64,000 nucleotides of DNA from Eledone cirrhosa (GCA_964016885.1 OZ024742.1:264368001-264432000); one strand, 5' to 3'. Counted from the stretch's first letter, positions 1-14,718 are shown. Numbers and translations: made by a program. The notes: generated by a model from the letters alone, not told the origin.

Positions 1-174
1 TTTTACTTATACCTATTACACTTCCAACCAGTGCTGCCTGTAATTGTGTTCTTTCAAGCAGAACATCTTTTTAACTCCTTACTCTCCACATGATGCCTTT
101 GACACTAATAACAATTATGTACCCTAAATGTTCTAAATTACTGGTATTTTAGTTTCATGTTTCGACATTCCTTA

Positions 175-221
175 TGCTCCGATGATTCCAGCATTCCCTC
201 TGGAAGAAACAATTGTCAGCT
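175..221 (+). ncRNA. Minimal type-I hammerhead ribozyme-like motif with variant core CCGATGA, PLE-type
   Basis: Reads tgct-CCGATGA-ttccag(cattccct)ctggaa-GAAA-caattg-TC-agc. Stem II is 6 bp, stem III is palindromic, and there is a GUC site. A short tail and (TA)n follow. Confidence 0.65.
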
Positions 222-263
222 AATAAATGTTCTAAACTAAAATTTGATCGTTTTAACACTTTG

Positions 264-324
<61 letters not shown>

Positions 325-1799
325 GTGCGTACATTCACCAGCATTCCAGGTCAGGAATCTTTGAATTAGATTTCTAACATTTTATGGAATCAAAGACCAG
401 TGATGAATTGAATTCTATAATTCTACAAATGTATCGAGTTCTTATTTTCTCAGCGATAATATATTTGTGTATGTTTACTCTATTTTGTGTTTTCAAAATC
501 CATGATGACATATATTTCATCGATTTGTCTTTGTTTAGTTTTTTTTGTAACCTTGAAGATGTCGTTTTACAATTAGGGAAAGTGAGTATTATTATGGGCG
601 TGGATTTGCCAACATGAAAGCTGATTACGCTATTGTAACTATTCCTTGCTTATATCATTAATCATAGCCAGTATTAATTTTGTAGGTCTCTTACAAATTC
701 AAATTAAATATGGTCGCTATTCCAGCTGTTGTTTCACAAACGAATAAATTTTATCGAGAATTATTACGTTAAGAATAATTTTGAATTATCTCTATTCTTC
801 GCTGAGTCACATGTTTGTATCTGCTACGATATTCACTGGCAATTGCGCAACAAGCAGAGTTGATGATTGTAATAGATCAACCTTATTGCAAGTTAATAAA
901 GTGACTATCAAAATCTGGCTTGTGGCCACACGTGGTATCATAGTTGCAATAGGCATGCGTATTCTAGAAGTATGTTCGTGTAGAAATCTCAGTTTTGAGA
1001 ATAAAATTACAATCAACAACTCCTCCCTTGCGTTCAGCAAATATTGCTTGCTTGCGCAATTGTGTTGTCTTAAAATAAGTTAGCTCTGTGTGAAATTTCT
1101 CCCCGTATAATTTTATTCCATTTACATAATCAAGAAAGGGATCCTTTTTGTCATTTTATAGCAATTTTATATGTCATTATTGAGTTAACACACAACTCCA
1201 AGAAAACGGCAATTTTGTATTTTATAGTTTTAATATATTTCTTAACAATAATTAAAACAATTCTGTTCATCTTTTTCCATGTTCAATTTCTTCGCTTCTT
1301 CATCGATGCTATTGATGTCAGCGTCTCCAGTTATATTGTTTCTAGTGAATAACTGCATAGCGAATTCAGTTTTTGGAAAAGTGCCTTTATGATCTTGAAT
1401 AAAGGTTTTATCTCAATGAATGGGATCAGAAGTTAACCGTCAATTTACAAAGACGGGCTGTTGTGGCATTAATGCTACCGATGATATTAACCGAAACTTC
1501 AATGAATAGTTTCCCCAAATCAAACATGCATTTGTTCACACCGGATAGTGTACGCATATATGTATGCGTCTATGTATGAGTGTGTTTATGTTGATGTATG
1601 TGAGTGTGTACGAATGTATGTATATACATCTGTGTGCATGTATGTGTCTTTATGAATGTATGTATTACGTATGTATGTCTATGTTTGTATGTTTGAATAT
1701 GTATGTGAGTGTAGCTATGTATGTTTATATGTATGTGTGTATCTATGCATGTGTGCGTATGAATACATGTATATATGTATTTGTATCTGTATCTAGATA

Positions 1800-2075
1800 T
1801 GTATGTATGTTCTTCTGGTTTTACAATTTTATAAATGTTTGCCAATAGAGAGTCAGTTTCTAACATAGATACAAGACTCTCTCATTGGAATTTACACAAC
1901 ATCAACTTGGTAGATATGTATGCATATCTGCATGCATGTATGTGCAGGTATGGATGTTGTATGTGTGGATGTGTATGTTTTTAGTTATATGTGTTCATGC
2001 TCATATGCTTTGTATCTGTACACGTGTATATGCAGTTATTCGATGCAGAATTTTTGGAATGTTTTACATATTTTT
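1800..2075. repeat. ~275 bp direct repeat, copy 1 (copy 2 at 4757-5032)
   Basis: gtatgttcttctggtttta...gtttctaacatag.tacaagactctc...ggaatgttttacatattttta is present at both positions with moderate divergence. Confidence 0.85.
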
Positions 2076-2171
2076 ACTGTTCCATTAATGGATTGTACTT
2101 GTAATTTCCTAACTAGTCGTGTTCTTTCTGTTTTTGTGAAGCCCAGCTTCTCAAGATTGCATGTATGTATG

Positions 2172-2638
2172 TTTTCTCTTTCTCTTAATTTCGAGTATAT
2201 TTTTTTGACCGGCCACCTTCCTGGTGGCAAGGTTGTAAAAGAAAAGTAAATGTCATCCCTTGAATCGCAAGAATGTTTTGCAAATTTTGAAGGTGCCAGC
2301 TATCGCAGCCATTTGTAGACTATGAATTAGGGAGCTGCGCTTTTTGTCCGCAAATCCAAGTTCAGTCATACTTTGGTCCAAGCGGGTTGGTATATAACCC
2401 GTAGCACCAATAATGATGGGTATGAAGCTAAAGGTGTATCTTGGATACTGGATTTGTAAACTCCTCATCAATGGTCCGTAGATGTCCTCCTTCTCTTGTA
2501 TTTTTCTGACAACGTTTACATCAAGTGGGCAGCTGATCTCCACAACAGAACACATTTTCAATGTGTGGTCCCAAACTACAATATCAGGCCGGTTGTGCTT
2601 TAATTTGGTGACAGTTTTTATGTTCAGGTTCCACCAGT
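2172..2638 (-). mobile_element. 5'-truncated R4/Dong-clade non-LTR retrotransposon (RLE domain plus 3' UTR) in a (CATA)n tract
   Basis: ORF 2253-2720 reads WWNLNIKT..HNRPDIVVWD..VVEISCPLD..KIQEKEDIYGPL..IPIIIGATG, a PD-(D/E)xK restriction-like endonuclease. CATA repeats lie at both ends. Confidence 0.85.
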
Positions 2639-2729
2639 ATGTATGTATGTATGTATGTATGTATGTATGTATGTATGTATGTATGTATGTATGTATGTAT
2701 GTATGTATGTATGCATGCATGTATGTATG

Positions 2730-4756
<2,027 letters not shown>

Positions 4757-5032
4757 ATGTATGTTCTTCTGGTTTTATAAGTTCACAAATGTTTACCAAT
4801 AGAGAGAGAGTCGGTTTCTAACATAGTTACAAGACTCTCATTGGAATTTACATAACATCAACTAGGTAGATATGTATGCATGTCTGCATCATGCATGTGT
4901 CTGCAAGTATGGATGTTATTGTATGTGTGGATGTGGATGGTTTTTCCGTGTGCATGTGCATACGCTTTGTATCTGTATATGTGTATATGCAGTTATTAGA
5001 TGCAAACCCTTTGGAATGTTTTACATATTTTT
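4757..5032. repeat. ~275 bp direct repeat, copy 2
   Basis: Matches 1800-2075. Confidence 0.85.
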
Positions 5033-5884
5033 ATGTATGTATGTATGTGTGTATGTATGTATGTATATGTATGTATTATGCATGTATGAATGTCTTTAAC
5101 TTAGTGCATAGATTTTAGTATCGTTAAACGGCGTTATTAGGTATGCTGGAGCGTATTGGTATCTTCGTTTGTCTTCATTTCAAGTTGTCTGCATCGCTGG
5201 ATGTGGACAGTTATATATTTTTATTTGTATGAGACAAATGATATAATGAATAATGGTAATGTGCACTAACTCTTGATGGAGTCATAGGGGTGCCGTCCTG
5301 AAACGCGACGTATCTTTGGCATTTTAAACCTGGTGGAGCCCATCCTTCTTCAGATCGCAACATTTCTTCCCGAGAAAGAAGAATGGAAGAATTGACCTTA
5401 CTAATCAACTGGTACTGTATTTATCGACATCAAAAAGTTAAATAGCAAAGTTGACCATAGTGGAATTTGAACAGAATTACCAAAGCATTTTTAATCTGAG
5501 ACCCCAATGACTGCCAATCGCCACTTACAATGAATATACGAGGACCTAAAACGTTGCCTTATTTCACTCCTTTTATCATAACTAAAATGTTTAATAGTAC
5601 CTTTATTGACCACCACTATTTGACTTTGGTCATTCTAAAAATCTGAGATATTTTCCTTCTTCTGTACTATGGATTTTTAACTGGTGATATAATATCCTAA
5701 GATCAACTCTGTGTAAGGTTTTGGCGAAATCATTGTGCACACAGACAAACCTTATTCCAAATAATACACTCTTCTAAATATTATTTTATTGTAGATGTGT
5801 CTGACAGTTTCTTCCGCCGAGCAGAAAGTATATTTGGTGACGTGAAAAAGATTGTTTTTCCAAATGTCTAATTCCCTTATATAA

Positions 5885-6056
5885 TTGTTGCTACTTTTGG
5901 CACAAGGCCAGCAATTATGCCAGTGTATTACTGGTACTTTATTTTATCGACCCCGTAAGGATGAAAGGCAAAGTTAACCACGGCGGGATTTGAACTCAGA
6001 CCATAAAGGGCCGTAACTCTTTTCTGTAAATCATGGCGTCCGACTCTCTACCGATG
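5885..6056 (-). mobile_element. tRNA-derived SINE copy (a more degraded copy lies at ~5405-5530)
   Basis: Reverse complement of the SINE consensus: ttttatcgaccccgtaaggatgaaaggcaaagttaacc..gggatttgaactcag. Confidence 0.88.
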
Positions 6057-7239
6057 TTCTCCAGAACTACTGAAAGCGAAAGATAAGTGAAACAGGTTGT
6101 TTGCCAGTGTCATATTTTACCCATCGGTGATATTACCGCTTCTTTCAACAATTTTAGTTGCCGTCCAACTTCTAGAGAGTTATGTTAGATAATTTTTAAG
6201 CTTTTCCGAATTTTAGTAAGGAGCTGGAATGCCATCTAACCATGTAGTCATGTAGCCTCAAGATAGTTTATTGATTTGGTTATATCCAATTATATTAACA
6301 TTATATGCGTTGGGTGGCTATATAATTTGGTTAACTGATGGAATAGATCAAGGCATTCAATTTATTATTTCCTTTGTGGATATAAAATACTTTCGTATTG
6401 CTTTTGAGAATTTTGGAGGATCGTTCGTGTATTGAAACTGAAGCGGAAAAATTTCTTTTTTAATTTCATGAGCATAACCGAAAAAAACCTCTGAATTTAA
6501 CTCTTAACTGCTGAGAGTTCTCTACCTTGTCGTTCTTCATTAATTATGCTTCAATTTATTTCTTAATTGTATCCGTTTCTTTGTGATGATTCTTCTCTCG
6601 CAGGGATTAGTGTGTTTTTATTAGAATGCCCGAGAGAAACGTAAGACTTGCCAGTTTTCAATATTTCATTTTACAGAAATTCTGCTCTCTTCTCCAGGTT
6701 AAATTATCAGATTTCATTAAACCAATAACCTCCCAGAGATAATTAGCAACTGCTTCCCAATCAGTTTTAAAAAGGTCAATTTGTGCATTTTGAGGTTTCA
6801 CCACGAGGAAGTCTATGAAACCCTGACCTGTTAGCCTAATAATATTCATTATCCGAGAAAGACGGATCAGCTCATATATATGTATATACATATATATACA
6901 TATATATATATATATGTGTGTGTGTATATATATATATATAAAAGAAATAGGATTTCGCCTCAAGCATAACTTTATACAATATGTATAAATATTTCGTATC
7001 TCCAAAGAAATACGGTTTTAGGAAGCCGTAGCTATGTAAACACTGATGGGGCTAACGCCCTCTGGTGATATCCAGCAGAAAAAAGAGGGGGACAACGCTC
7101 TATGCATTTCAGGATCAACTGGCCATCGTCAGGACGGTCCCCCCCCCCCCGCTTGCGACTGCTGGACTAGAAAACATGCGAGAATATATAGTTTTCTCGT
7201 CTGTGTAAATGAGGTGATTAATCAGTATATATATATATA

Positions 7240-7284
<45 letters not shown>

Positions 7285-7326
7285 CTGATCCGTCTTTCTC
7301 GGATAATGAATAGTCATATTATTATA

Positions 7327-8881
7327 CTAGCAACAGTACCCAGCGTTGCCTGGGTAGGTAAAATAATATCTGCTTTGATGAAAAGGTGTTGATCTTAGCG
7401 ACTGCTTACCGATGACTCATCTATGGCCACACACAGGCCATGCGGGGGAGGGTGGTGATGACCTCTATCACTGAGAAACGCGGGTGACTGACGGAGGGGC
7501 ACGCTGGGTGAGGGAGGTAATGACCTCTAACACTAAGCCAAATTTCCTCACGCTACTTTATTGGAAACCAATGAATTCTCAAATACACAACTAAAAGCTC
7601 AGACGACGTCAGTGGCCATCGTTTTGCCTTTGACCCTCTGTAAGATGTGCAATGATAGGTTCTATCGTAGTATAAATGTTGAACCAAATAAATTGATTTA
7701 TGTGTGAGGTGGAGCCGAAGTTTCGAATTTGAACGAAATCGGTTGAAAAATGTGGGAACTAATGATAGGTCGCCGTCCCTGAACATAAAATGCAAAGTGT
7801 AAAGCTACTATAAGATGTGCAATGATAGGTTCTATCGTAGTATAAAAGTTGAACCAAATAAATTGATTTATGTGTGAGGTGGAGCCGAAGTTTCGAATTT
7901 GAACGAAATCAGTTGAAAAATGTGGGAACTAATGATAGGTCGCCGTCCCTGAACATAAAATGCAAAGTGTAAAGCTACTATAAGATGTGCAATGATAGGT
8001 TCTATCGTAGTATAAAAGTTGAACCAAATAAATTGATTTATGTGTGAGGTGGAGCCGAAGTTTCGAATTTGAACGAAATCGGTTGAAAAATGTGGGAACT
8101 AATGATAGGTCGCCGTCCCTGAACATAAAATGCAAAGTGTAAAGCTACTATAAGATGTGCAATGATAGGTTCTATCGTAGTATAAAAGTTGAACCAAATA
8201 AATTGATTTATGTGTGAGGTGGAGCCGAAATTTCGAATTTGAACGAAATCGGTTGAAAGATGTGGGAGCTAGAGCCGAAAAGGCGGAAATTTGAGCGAAA
8301 AGGTGGTATTTTCGAATATTTAAGCGGCTGCCACCCCGTTCCTGAACAAAAAAATCCAAAATGTAAAGCCACTTTAAGACGTTAAAAAATCAGATCTAGT
8401 GTAGTGTAAAATTTGAACAAAGTAGGTTGATTGATGTGGGAGCTAGAGCCGAAAAAGTGGAAATTTGAGTCTAAAAGTGGTATTTTTGGATATTTAAGCG
8501 GCTGCCACGCCGTCCCTGAACAACAAATGCAAAATATGAAGCCATTACAGCATGTGCAATGATAAATTCTATTTTGTTTTAAAATTTGAACGAATCGGTG
8601 GCAAAATGTGGGAGCTAGAGCCAAAAATCTTATTTTTCGATACCTAAAAAAAGGTGACCCCCCCCCTCCCCCCCATCGATTTTTATCTGCAGAATGACCC
8701 CGGAATAAAAAAAAAAATGATACGCTGATATATAGAAAACACTTCCCAATGAGTAATCTATGAGCCTGTAAATTTTCCTGAAAATCGGTCGTAAGATGTA
8801 GGCCCCTACAGGTAATACACAGACACAGATACACAGACACACACACAGACACACACACACACATACTTAATTTTATATAGA
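7327..8881 (-). mobile_element. Non-autonomous Helitron-like element with internal 170-bp tandem array
   Basis: The minus strand starts TCTATATAAAATT followed by (GT/GTCT)n. It ends with hairpin tacccag-cgttgc-ctgggta (7337-7356) and terminal CTAG (7327-7330). No TSD. Confidence 0.8.
7641..8630. repeat. 170-bp tandem repeat (3 near-identical units, one partial, then ~2 diverged units)
   Basis: taagatgtgcaatgataggttctatcg starts at 7641, 7811, 7981 and 8151. Confidence 0.95.
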
Positions 8882-9479
8882 TACATATATATATATATAT
8901 ATATATAGATTACTAACAAAATTATAGATGTCTTGTCTGAGAAAATCACAAACATTTGCCATACCACCTGTAGAAGCAGCTCAAAGATTCTAAGGAATAA
9001 ATTCGAGCATTTATGAAAAATGTAAAGTCGTTTGACATATATATAAAATAAATATATCAAACAGGGAATAATTTGTAAAGAGTGTAAAAACACATAGTTA
9101 CATAGGTAGTATATTAAAACTTAACGAAAACTTCAAATATAGATACCTGGCAATAATATATATGTGTGTGGTTATCATATTTATATATATATGATAACCA
9201 CACAATCGCACGAACACAATATATAACGGAAGAGATATTATAAGTTTCACTTGGGATAGAAAATGCCTCTCGCAATAAATAGAATACAAAGCAGATGTAG
9301 AATCAGTAAACAGTACAGTAAAGACATTTATCAGTCTAACCAATAACTTTTGTAAAGCTAGACACACGAACTAGAGCATTGCCAAACGGTTATCAGAGCG
9401 CATTTGGTTTTAAAAAGATAGAACAGATGTCTCAATCCTACGATAAATCTGAGTAACATTGCAAAGCCAAAGTCATACA

Positions 9480-10450
9480 TAGTGACTAAAAAACAAATGG
9501 CCCCATTTTTATTTTTGTTTATATTATTTATTTTCTGAAAAAAGAAAGCTGATGACACTCCGGATATAGTTAATTTAAATCATTATAATCAAAAATATAA
9601 AACATTCACTATCTTCTTCTGATATTTCAGAATTACAGCACATATTCCAAGTGATCCCCATTTGAATCCATGCATTTTTTTGAGGCGCATTGTGAAGTTT
9701 AGCATAACGTCTTTACAAACAGACCTTGGGATATTTTCCTTTAGTTCATTAAAGGTCTCTAGCTCCTTTTCAACGTAGCGTTCCTTTGACACCATTTTCT
9801 TCGGAGAAGGATGGGCCAATCGACACTCTCAGAAATGGCAGCGCAGACGGTACATTTAACCGAGTAGGAATGTTTTACAATCAGTTCAGTGGTTTTATTC
9901 TGATCCCCATTGTCCTTAGAGATGATCTTACTCTCTAAGTCATCAGAAGTCCACGTCAGATCCAAAACGTTTGGGTTGTTTTCTATCTTCTCCAGTATTT
10001 TCTCAACCATAGCAATTCTCTTGGTTTTCTCTTTAGTCTGTATTCTGTCGGGATACTTCTTAAGAACCTATTTGACAACCCTTCGGCAAGTTTCTGTGAA
10101 GAGACCCAGAGATTGGCTTCTCCTGCACAGCGATCAATAGACTCTCGGATCATTTCAATAACTTCCTGTGTATGCTTTCAGTGTCGTCCAGAGTGGGTAA
10201 GGCATTGTATTTGAAATTCTTCACTATCCCATAACTCTCAAACTTTTTGACCCAATTTTAAATATTAGCTTTCAAGGGAGATTTGCTCTTTCCAAAAAAT
10301 GCATGAAATTGCTTCTGGACCTGCTTATACGAGATTCATTTAGAGTAGTTTCACACATAAAATCTGGTCCTGGAGCTCCCCATGGGTTTCTGTTGTCTTT
10401 TGAGACGTTGCAATATCCTGAAATCTAAGGTCGATTATTTAGAAAATGAA
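9480..10450 (-). mobile_element. Highly degraded IS630-Tc1-mariner transposase remnant (rosa/DD41D-like)
   Basis: Fragments LTWTSDD..KHSYSVKCTVCAAISE..(GP)..VSKERYVEKELETF resemble WFSDE..LH..KVTVWCAIS..IGP..TV..ERY. TIRs not resolved. Confidence 0.5.
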
Positions 10451-10884
10451 TATACAGACATAAAATGTGTGCGAGGCGAGCTTTGTTTTAGTCACACTGT
10501 GCAACGACCGCGGTGGCTATCATCCATACTTTAAAGAGATATTAAACCCTTATCCGCTCAAGTATTATACTAGCTGAATTTGAAAAAGGAAACATTTTCT
10601 TCTTGACTGCATGCAAAAAAATGTAAACTTGAAGATTTAAAGCATGTACCGTTTTTAATTGCAAACTGGTTAAAATTACAGGCAACACTTGGAATAATGA
10701 AAAACTCGGTACTCAAAATTCAAGCCAAGTTGTGAATTATTCTAAATGACGAAACTCTCTCTTCCTTAAAGAAAAATACATTTTTCTGGTTCTAAGAACG
10801 TTGAAAATGTAAGGACTGAACCAAATAAAAATAATTATACTTGGTGTTAAGTACTTTTTCTACTGATAAACAACGTGTTTATAT

Positions 10885-11171
10885 ATATAATAATACAAGG
10901 ACGATTTGTTAAGCATTCATTGCGTTTATTGATTGGTGACGCGCGTTTCGCTATTGATCAGCTCAAGGTTCGATCTATATCGATCTGGCCCGAGCTGATC
11001 AATAGCGAAACGCGCGTCACCAATCAATAAACGCAATGAAGGCTTAACAAATCGTCCTTCTATTATTATATTTACACTCTGTCTAGCTCTACACCTCGCT
11101 ACAGACGTGAATCTAAACTTTGAGTGCTCACCGTGGTGAACCTGCAGTAACTTCACGTTACACTCCCTGGG
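10885..11171 (+). mobile_element. PLE 3'-tail insertion in (TA)n with 80-bp 5' fold-back; contains the 3' part of a hammerhead
   Basis: Arms at 10885-10964 and 10992-11071 with 2 mismatches. Contains ga-gct(gatcaat)agc-GAAA-cgcgcg-TC. Flanked by TA runs. Confidence 0.75.
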
Positions 11172-11375
11172 TATATATATATATATATAAGTTCACATAT
11201 ACATTGGTGTGGGGAGGGGGAAATTAATGAATGTTATTGTATCTCTGAGGGTTTTTCTTCTCTTCAGCGATCGAATGTTTGAAAGTACGGGTGTCATCAA
11301 CTATTTTTCTTTTTCAATATGAGATATTTTTAAAGAAAAGAGAGGGGCAGAATCCCGTTACTTGAAGATGGATTA

Positions 11376-14300
11376 TCACTTTTTTGTGTTCAGTAGTGGT
11401 TTGTATTTTCTAATAAAGAATTCTTCTTTATATTTTCGGAAATGTTCGTTGTTCGACCATATCTTAAAGAAGTGGAAAATTGTGAAATTTCCCTTTCCGC
11501 ATATTGCGAAGTGTTCGCTGCATGTGGTGTTACTGACAGAGGGGCTTCTAATGTGTTGTTTATGTACTCGAACTCTGTCATGTAGACCCGTTCCGGTTTC
11601 ACCAATGTAGTATTCTTTACATTGTGGGCAGGTTGCACAGTAAATCAAGTTTTTTGTTTTGAAATTCATGTTTGCATTAACTGTGAAAGACTGTTTGTTT
11701 TTAAAGGAGATTTGTCTACCCTCTTCAATGTGTTCGCATGTTCCGCATCGAGGGTCCCCGCATTTTTTAACTTGCATTGCTTCATTATTAGACGTAAATT
11801 TTGCCTTGGTAAGCAGTTTCTTTAAGTTGGGTGCTTGGCATCTACTATATATAATTTGTGCGTCTTTTATGAGTGCATTCATTTTAGGGGACTGTTGGAG
11901 AATCGGGAGATATTGTTTGGCGGTTTTCACAATGTTGAAGTTCCTTATATTGTGAATGATGACAAAAGGGATAACTGTTTTTTCCATTCTATTTTGTTGC
12001 TTTGTTTTTCTCAGTGTTGTCACTGGGATGTTCTGGGCTTTGGAGATGGCTGTGTTGATGAGATTCACCAGATATTCTTGTCTTTTAATGAACTCTTTTA
12101 ATTCATATAATCTTGTTTCCTGTAGTGTGGGGTGTGTTACTATGGTGCAGATGCGTCTTGCCATGATAAAAGGAATGTTCCTTTTGGTATGTGATGGGTG
12201 TGCTGAACGGAAATTCAAGTATTGGTGTGTGTCTGTTGGTTTGTAAAATAAGTGCGTTTTGATATTTTCCTTAATGATAAGGATATCCAAAAACGGTAGT
12301 TCGTTTTTATTATATTCCATGATGAATTTTATTTCTTCGTGAAGATTGTTCATGATGGAATGGAATCTTTGCAGGTCTTCTTGGCTTCTATTCCAGAAGA
12401 TGAAGCAGTCGTCTAAGTAGCGTTTCCAGTTGTGATTAATGTAGGTGGTGAAGTCATGACTGAATGTTTCCTGCAGTTTGGAATGTAATTTTGCCTCCAG
12501 GTGGCCCATAACGAGTGTTGCATATGTTGGGGGCCACTTTGGTGCCCATGGCCGTTCCTTTTATTTGTAAATATAGTTCGTTATCAAAAGGTAAGTGGTT
12601 GTTCTCCAGTACTAGTTTGAGTCCTTCCAAAATAAATTTTTGGGGGAATCTCTCTGAAATGTAGTCTGGGTGTTTTTAATCCAGAAGTCAACAGCTTCAA
12701 CTCCTAAGTCGTGTGGGATGTTAGTATATAAGCTTGTTACGTCAAAGCTGACTAAGATTGTTTCTTGGTGTACTTTCTGGGGGATATAGTTCAGGAATTC
12801 CATATCATCTCTGATGAAGCTTGGCACATTTTTTACATAAGGGTTTCAGTATGATGTATAATAGGTTGCTTAGACCTTGTGTGCTTGAGGCTGGACCAGC
12901 AACAATTGGGCGTAATTTTAAATCTGTCGGTTTTGGTACTTCAACATATGATGTATTTATGCTATTTATGTTGTTTTGGATTTCTCTGGATTTATGAACC
13001 TTCGGTAAACCATAGAGATTGCTGGTTTTCATTTCGAAGTTGGTTAAGTAATTGATTTCATTTAGTGTGAGGTTGTTTTGGTACTTGCTCATCAGTTTGC
13101 CTACTTTAATCATCGATTTTCTTTCTTCGTTTTTGCTGATTTTTATGTAAAAGTCCTCGTTATTCAACTGTTCTAGGACCATATCCTTATAGTATTTTTT
13201 GTCCATGATGATGATTGCTCCACCTTTGACCGCTTCTTTTAGGATTATTGAGGAGTCTTTTTGTAGTTTGTTTAATGCTTGTAGTTGGTCTGTAGGGATG
13301 TTGTGTTTGTATTTCGTTTCTGCAATATTTGACTGTGTCGATCGTCGGAGGTAGGTTATGTAATCCTCCAGGTGTTTGTCTCTATTTAACGGAGGCCTGA
13401 AGTTCTTTTTGTTTCTTACTAGTGATTCCTCCACGTATTCTACACCCTGAAAGAATTCTCCTAGACGTAATTTTTGACAAAAATCTTCTGTGTCTTTTAT
13501 AAGGTCGGCTTGATCTGCTTTTGGAGTGGGCAATTTTATTTCCTGTTGTGTTAGTTTTTTTGCCGATATGTTGATTATTTTGGGCTCGTTTGGAGTTTTC
13601 TCGTCGGGTGCCACTTGAAGGGTGGTGTTCTTTTTTTTTATCCTTTCATTTGGCACCTTGTTCTAAAAATTAATTCCCATTTGAGATAGCGGTGTTTCTG
13701 TTGTAGTGAAATATTCTGTTCGCTGGCATTTCATGTTGATAATTTTCTGAACGGTAGTATTTTGTTTGGTGGTTGATATATGGGGGTCTAGTTCTTCTGT
13801 TGTTCCGTTCGGTCATCATATATCTTTGATTTTGCCGCTGGTAATTGTTCTTGGGGTTTTGATAGTAGTTGTATCTGATTCTGGTGTTCAGTATTTGGTT
13901 TGTGTATAATCGTATGTTTGGGATTCTCCGATTTCTGGTTGATGTTTGTTTATTGTGTGAGAATTCTTCATTTCTTGTGTTTTTGTATATTCCCGAATTT
14001 GAGGGTTTCTTATGGGTTTGTTTTGGGGATTTTATTTGGACTTTCCCATAGTTTTTTTCATATTTTTGTAGCCATTGTGTTCTTGACTCCAAGATTTTCT
14101 TTGATTTCAATTCCTCTCTGGTTGTATCATTCTTCCAAAGGTCAAAGAGTTGTTCTCGTACATTACCGATGTTTCTTTTGTTTATTTCTTCTCTAATGGT
14201 GGTGTCACATTTTTCGAATTTTTTTCTAACAAAAGAAATAAAACCCTTACATTGCGGACCCCCTGTTCTAATACTGGGGTTAGTTATTTCCCCCTCTTCT

Positions 14301-14434
14301 AATAAACGTCTAATATATAGAGGCCCCTCTTGCTCACCAGGGCAATCAAAGTATAAACTATCATACAAACCTTCATAATCTGCATTTTCAAACTTGCATA
14401 TCATCGACATTGCTATTTCGCTGTTAATAAACAA
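11376..14434 (-). mobile_element. Penelope-like retroelement (Neptune-type), frameshifted ORF encoding RT, CCHH linker and GIY-YIG endonuclease
   Basis: IILKEAVKGGAIIIMD; LYGLPKVHK; LRPIVAG; SFDVTSLYTNIPH; KGTAMGTK; WKRYLDDCF; PFLD; CGDPRCGTCEH; NLIYCATC..YYIGETG..LHDRVRVH. Confidence 0.93.
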
Positions 14435-14678
14435 CGCTTTTCACGTCGCTCCACTTCTCATTGTACGCCGTCCAGCCCCAAGTGCATATTTCTATTTGTT
14501 TTCCTGAAACTGCTTCTTTATAATAAACTTTCAATAATATTTTTCAAATTATTAACTTAATAAAAAGTGCAACTGCTAGTATATATATAAATTCGTTTTC
14601 TAATATAAAAGAAGGAAAGATGTATATATAAGGATAAGAAATTGAAAATGCAACTGGAGTTTTTTAAGAGTATTTATT

Positions 14679-14718
14679 TACTTTACCGGTTTCACAGTTC
14701 TGATGATTTTCAAAAGTA
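14679..14718 (-). ncRNA. Hammerhead-like motif with U3-A8 core upstream of the Neptune ORF
   Basis: Minus strand reads tactt-TTGAAAA-tcatcagaactgt-GAAA-ccgg-TA-aagta. Stem I is a perfect 5 bp and stem III is palindromic; stem II is weak. Confidence 0.5.

Noticed and set aside
7641-8270. Regular repeats that might suggest a CRISPR array
   Set aside because: Whole 170-bp units are identical with no unique spacers, the context is eukaryotic, and no cas genes are present.
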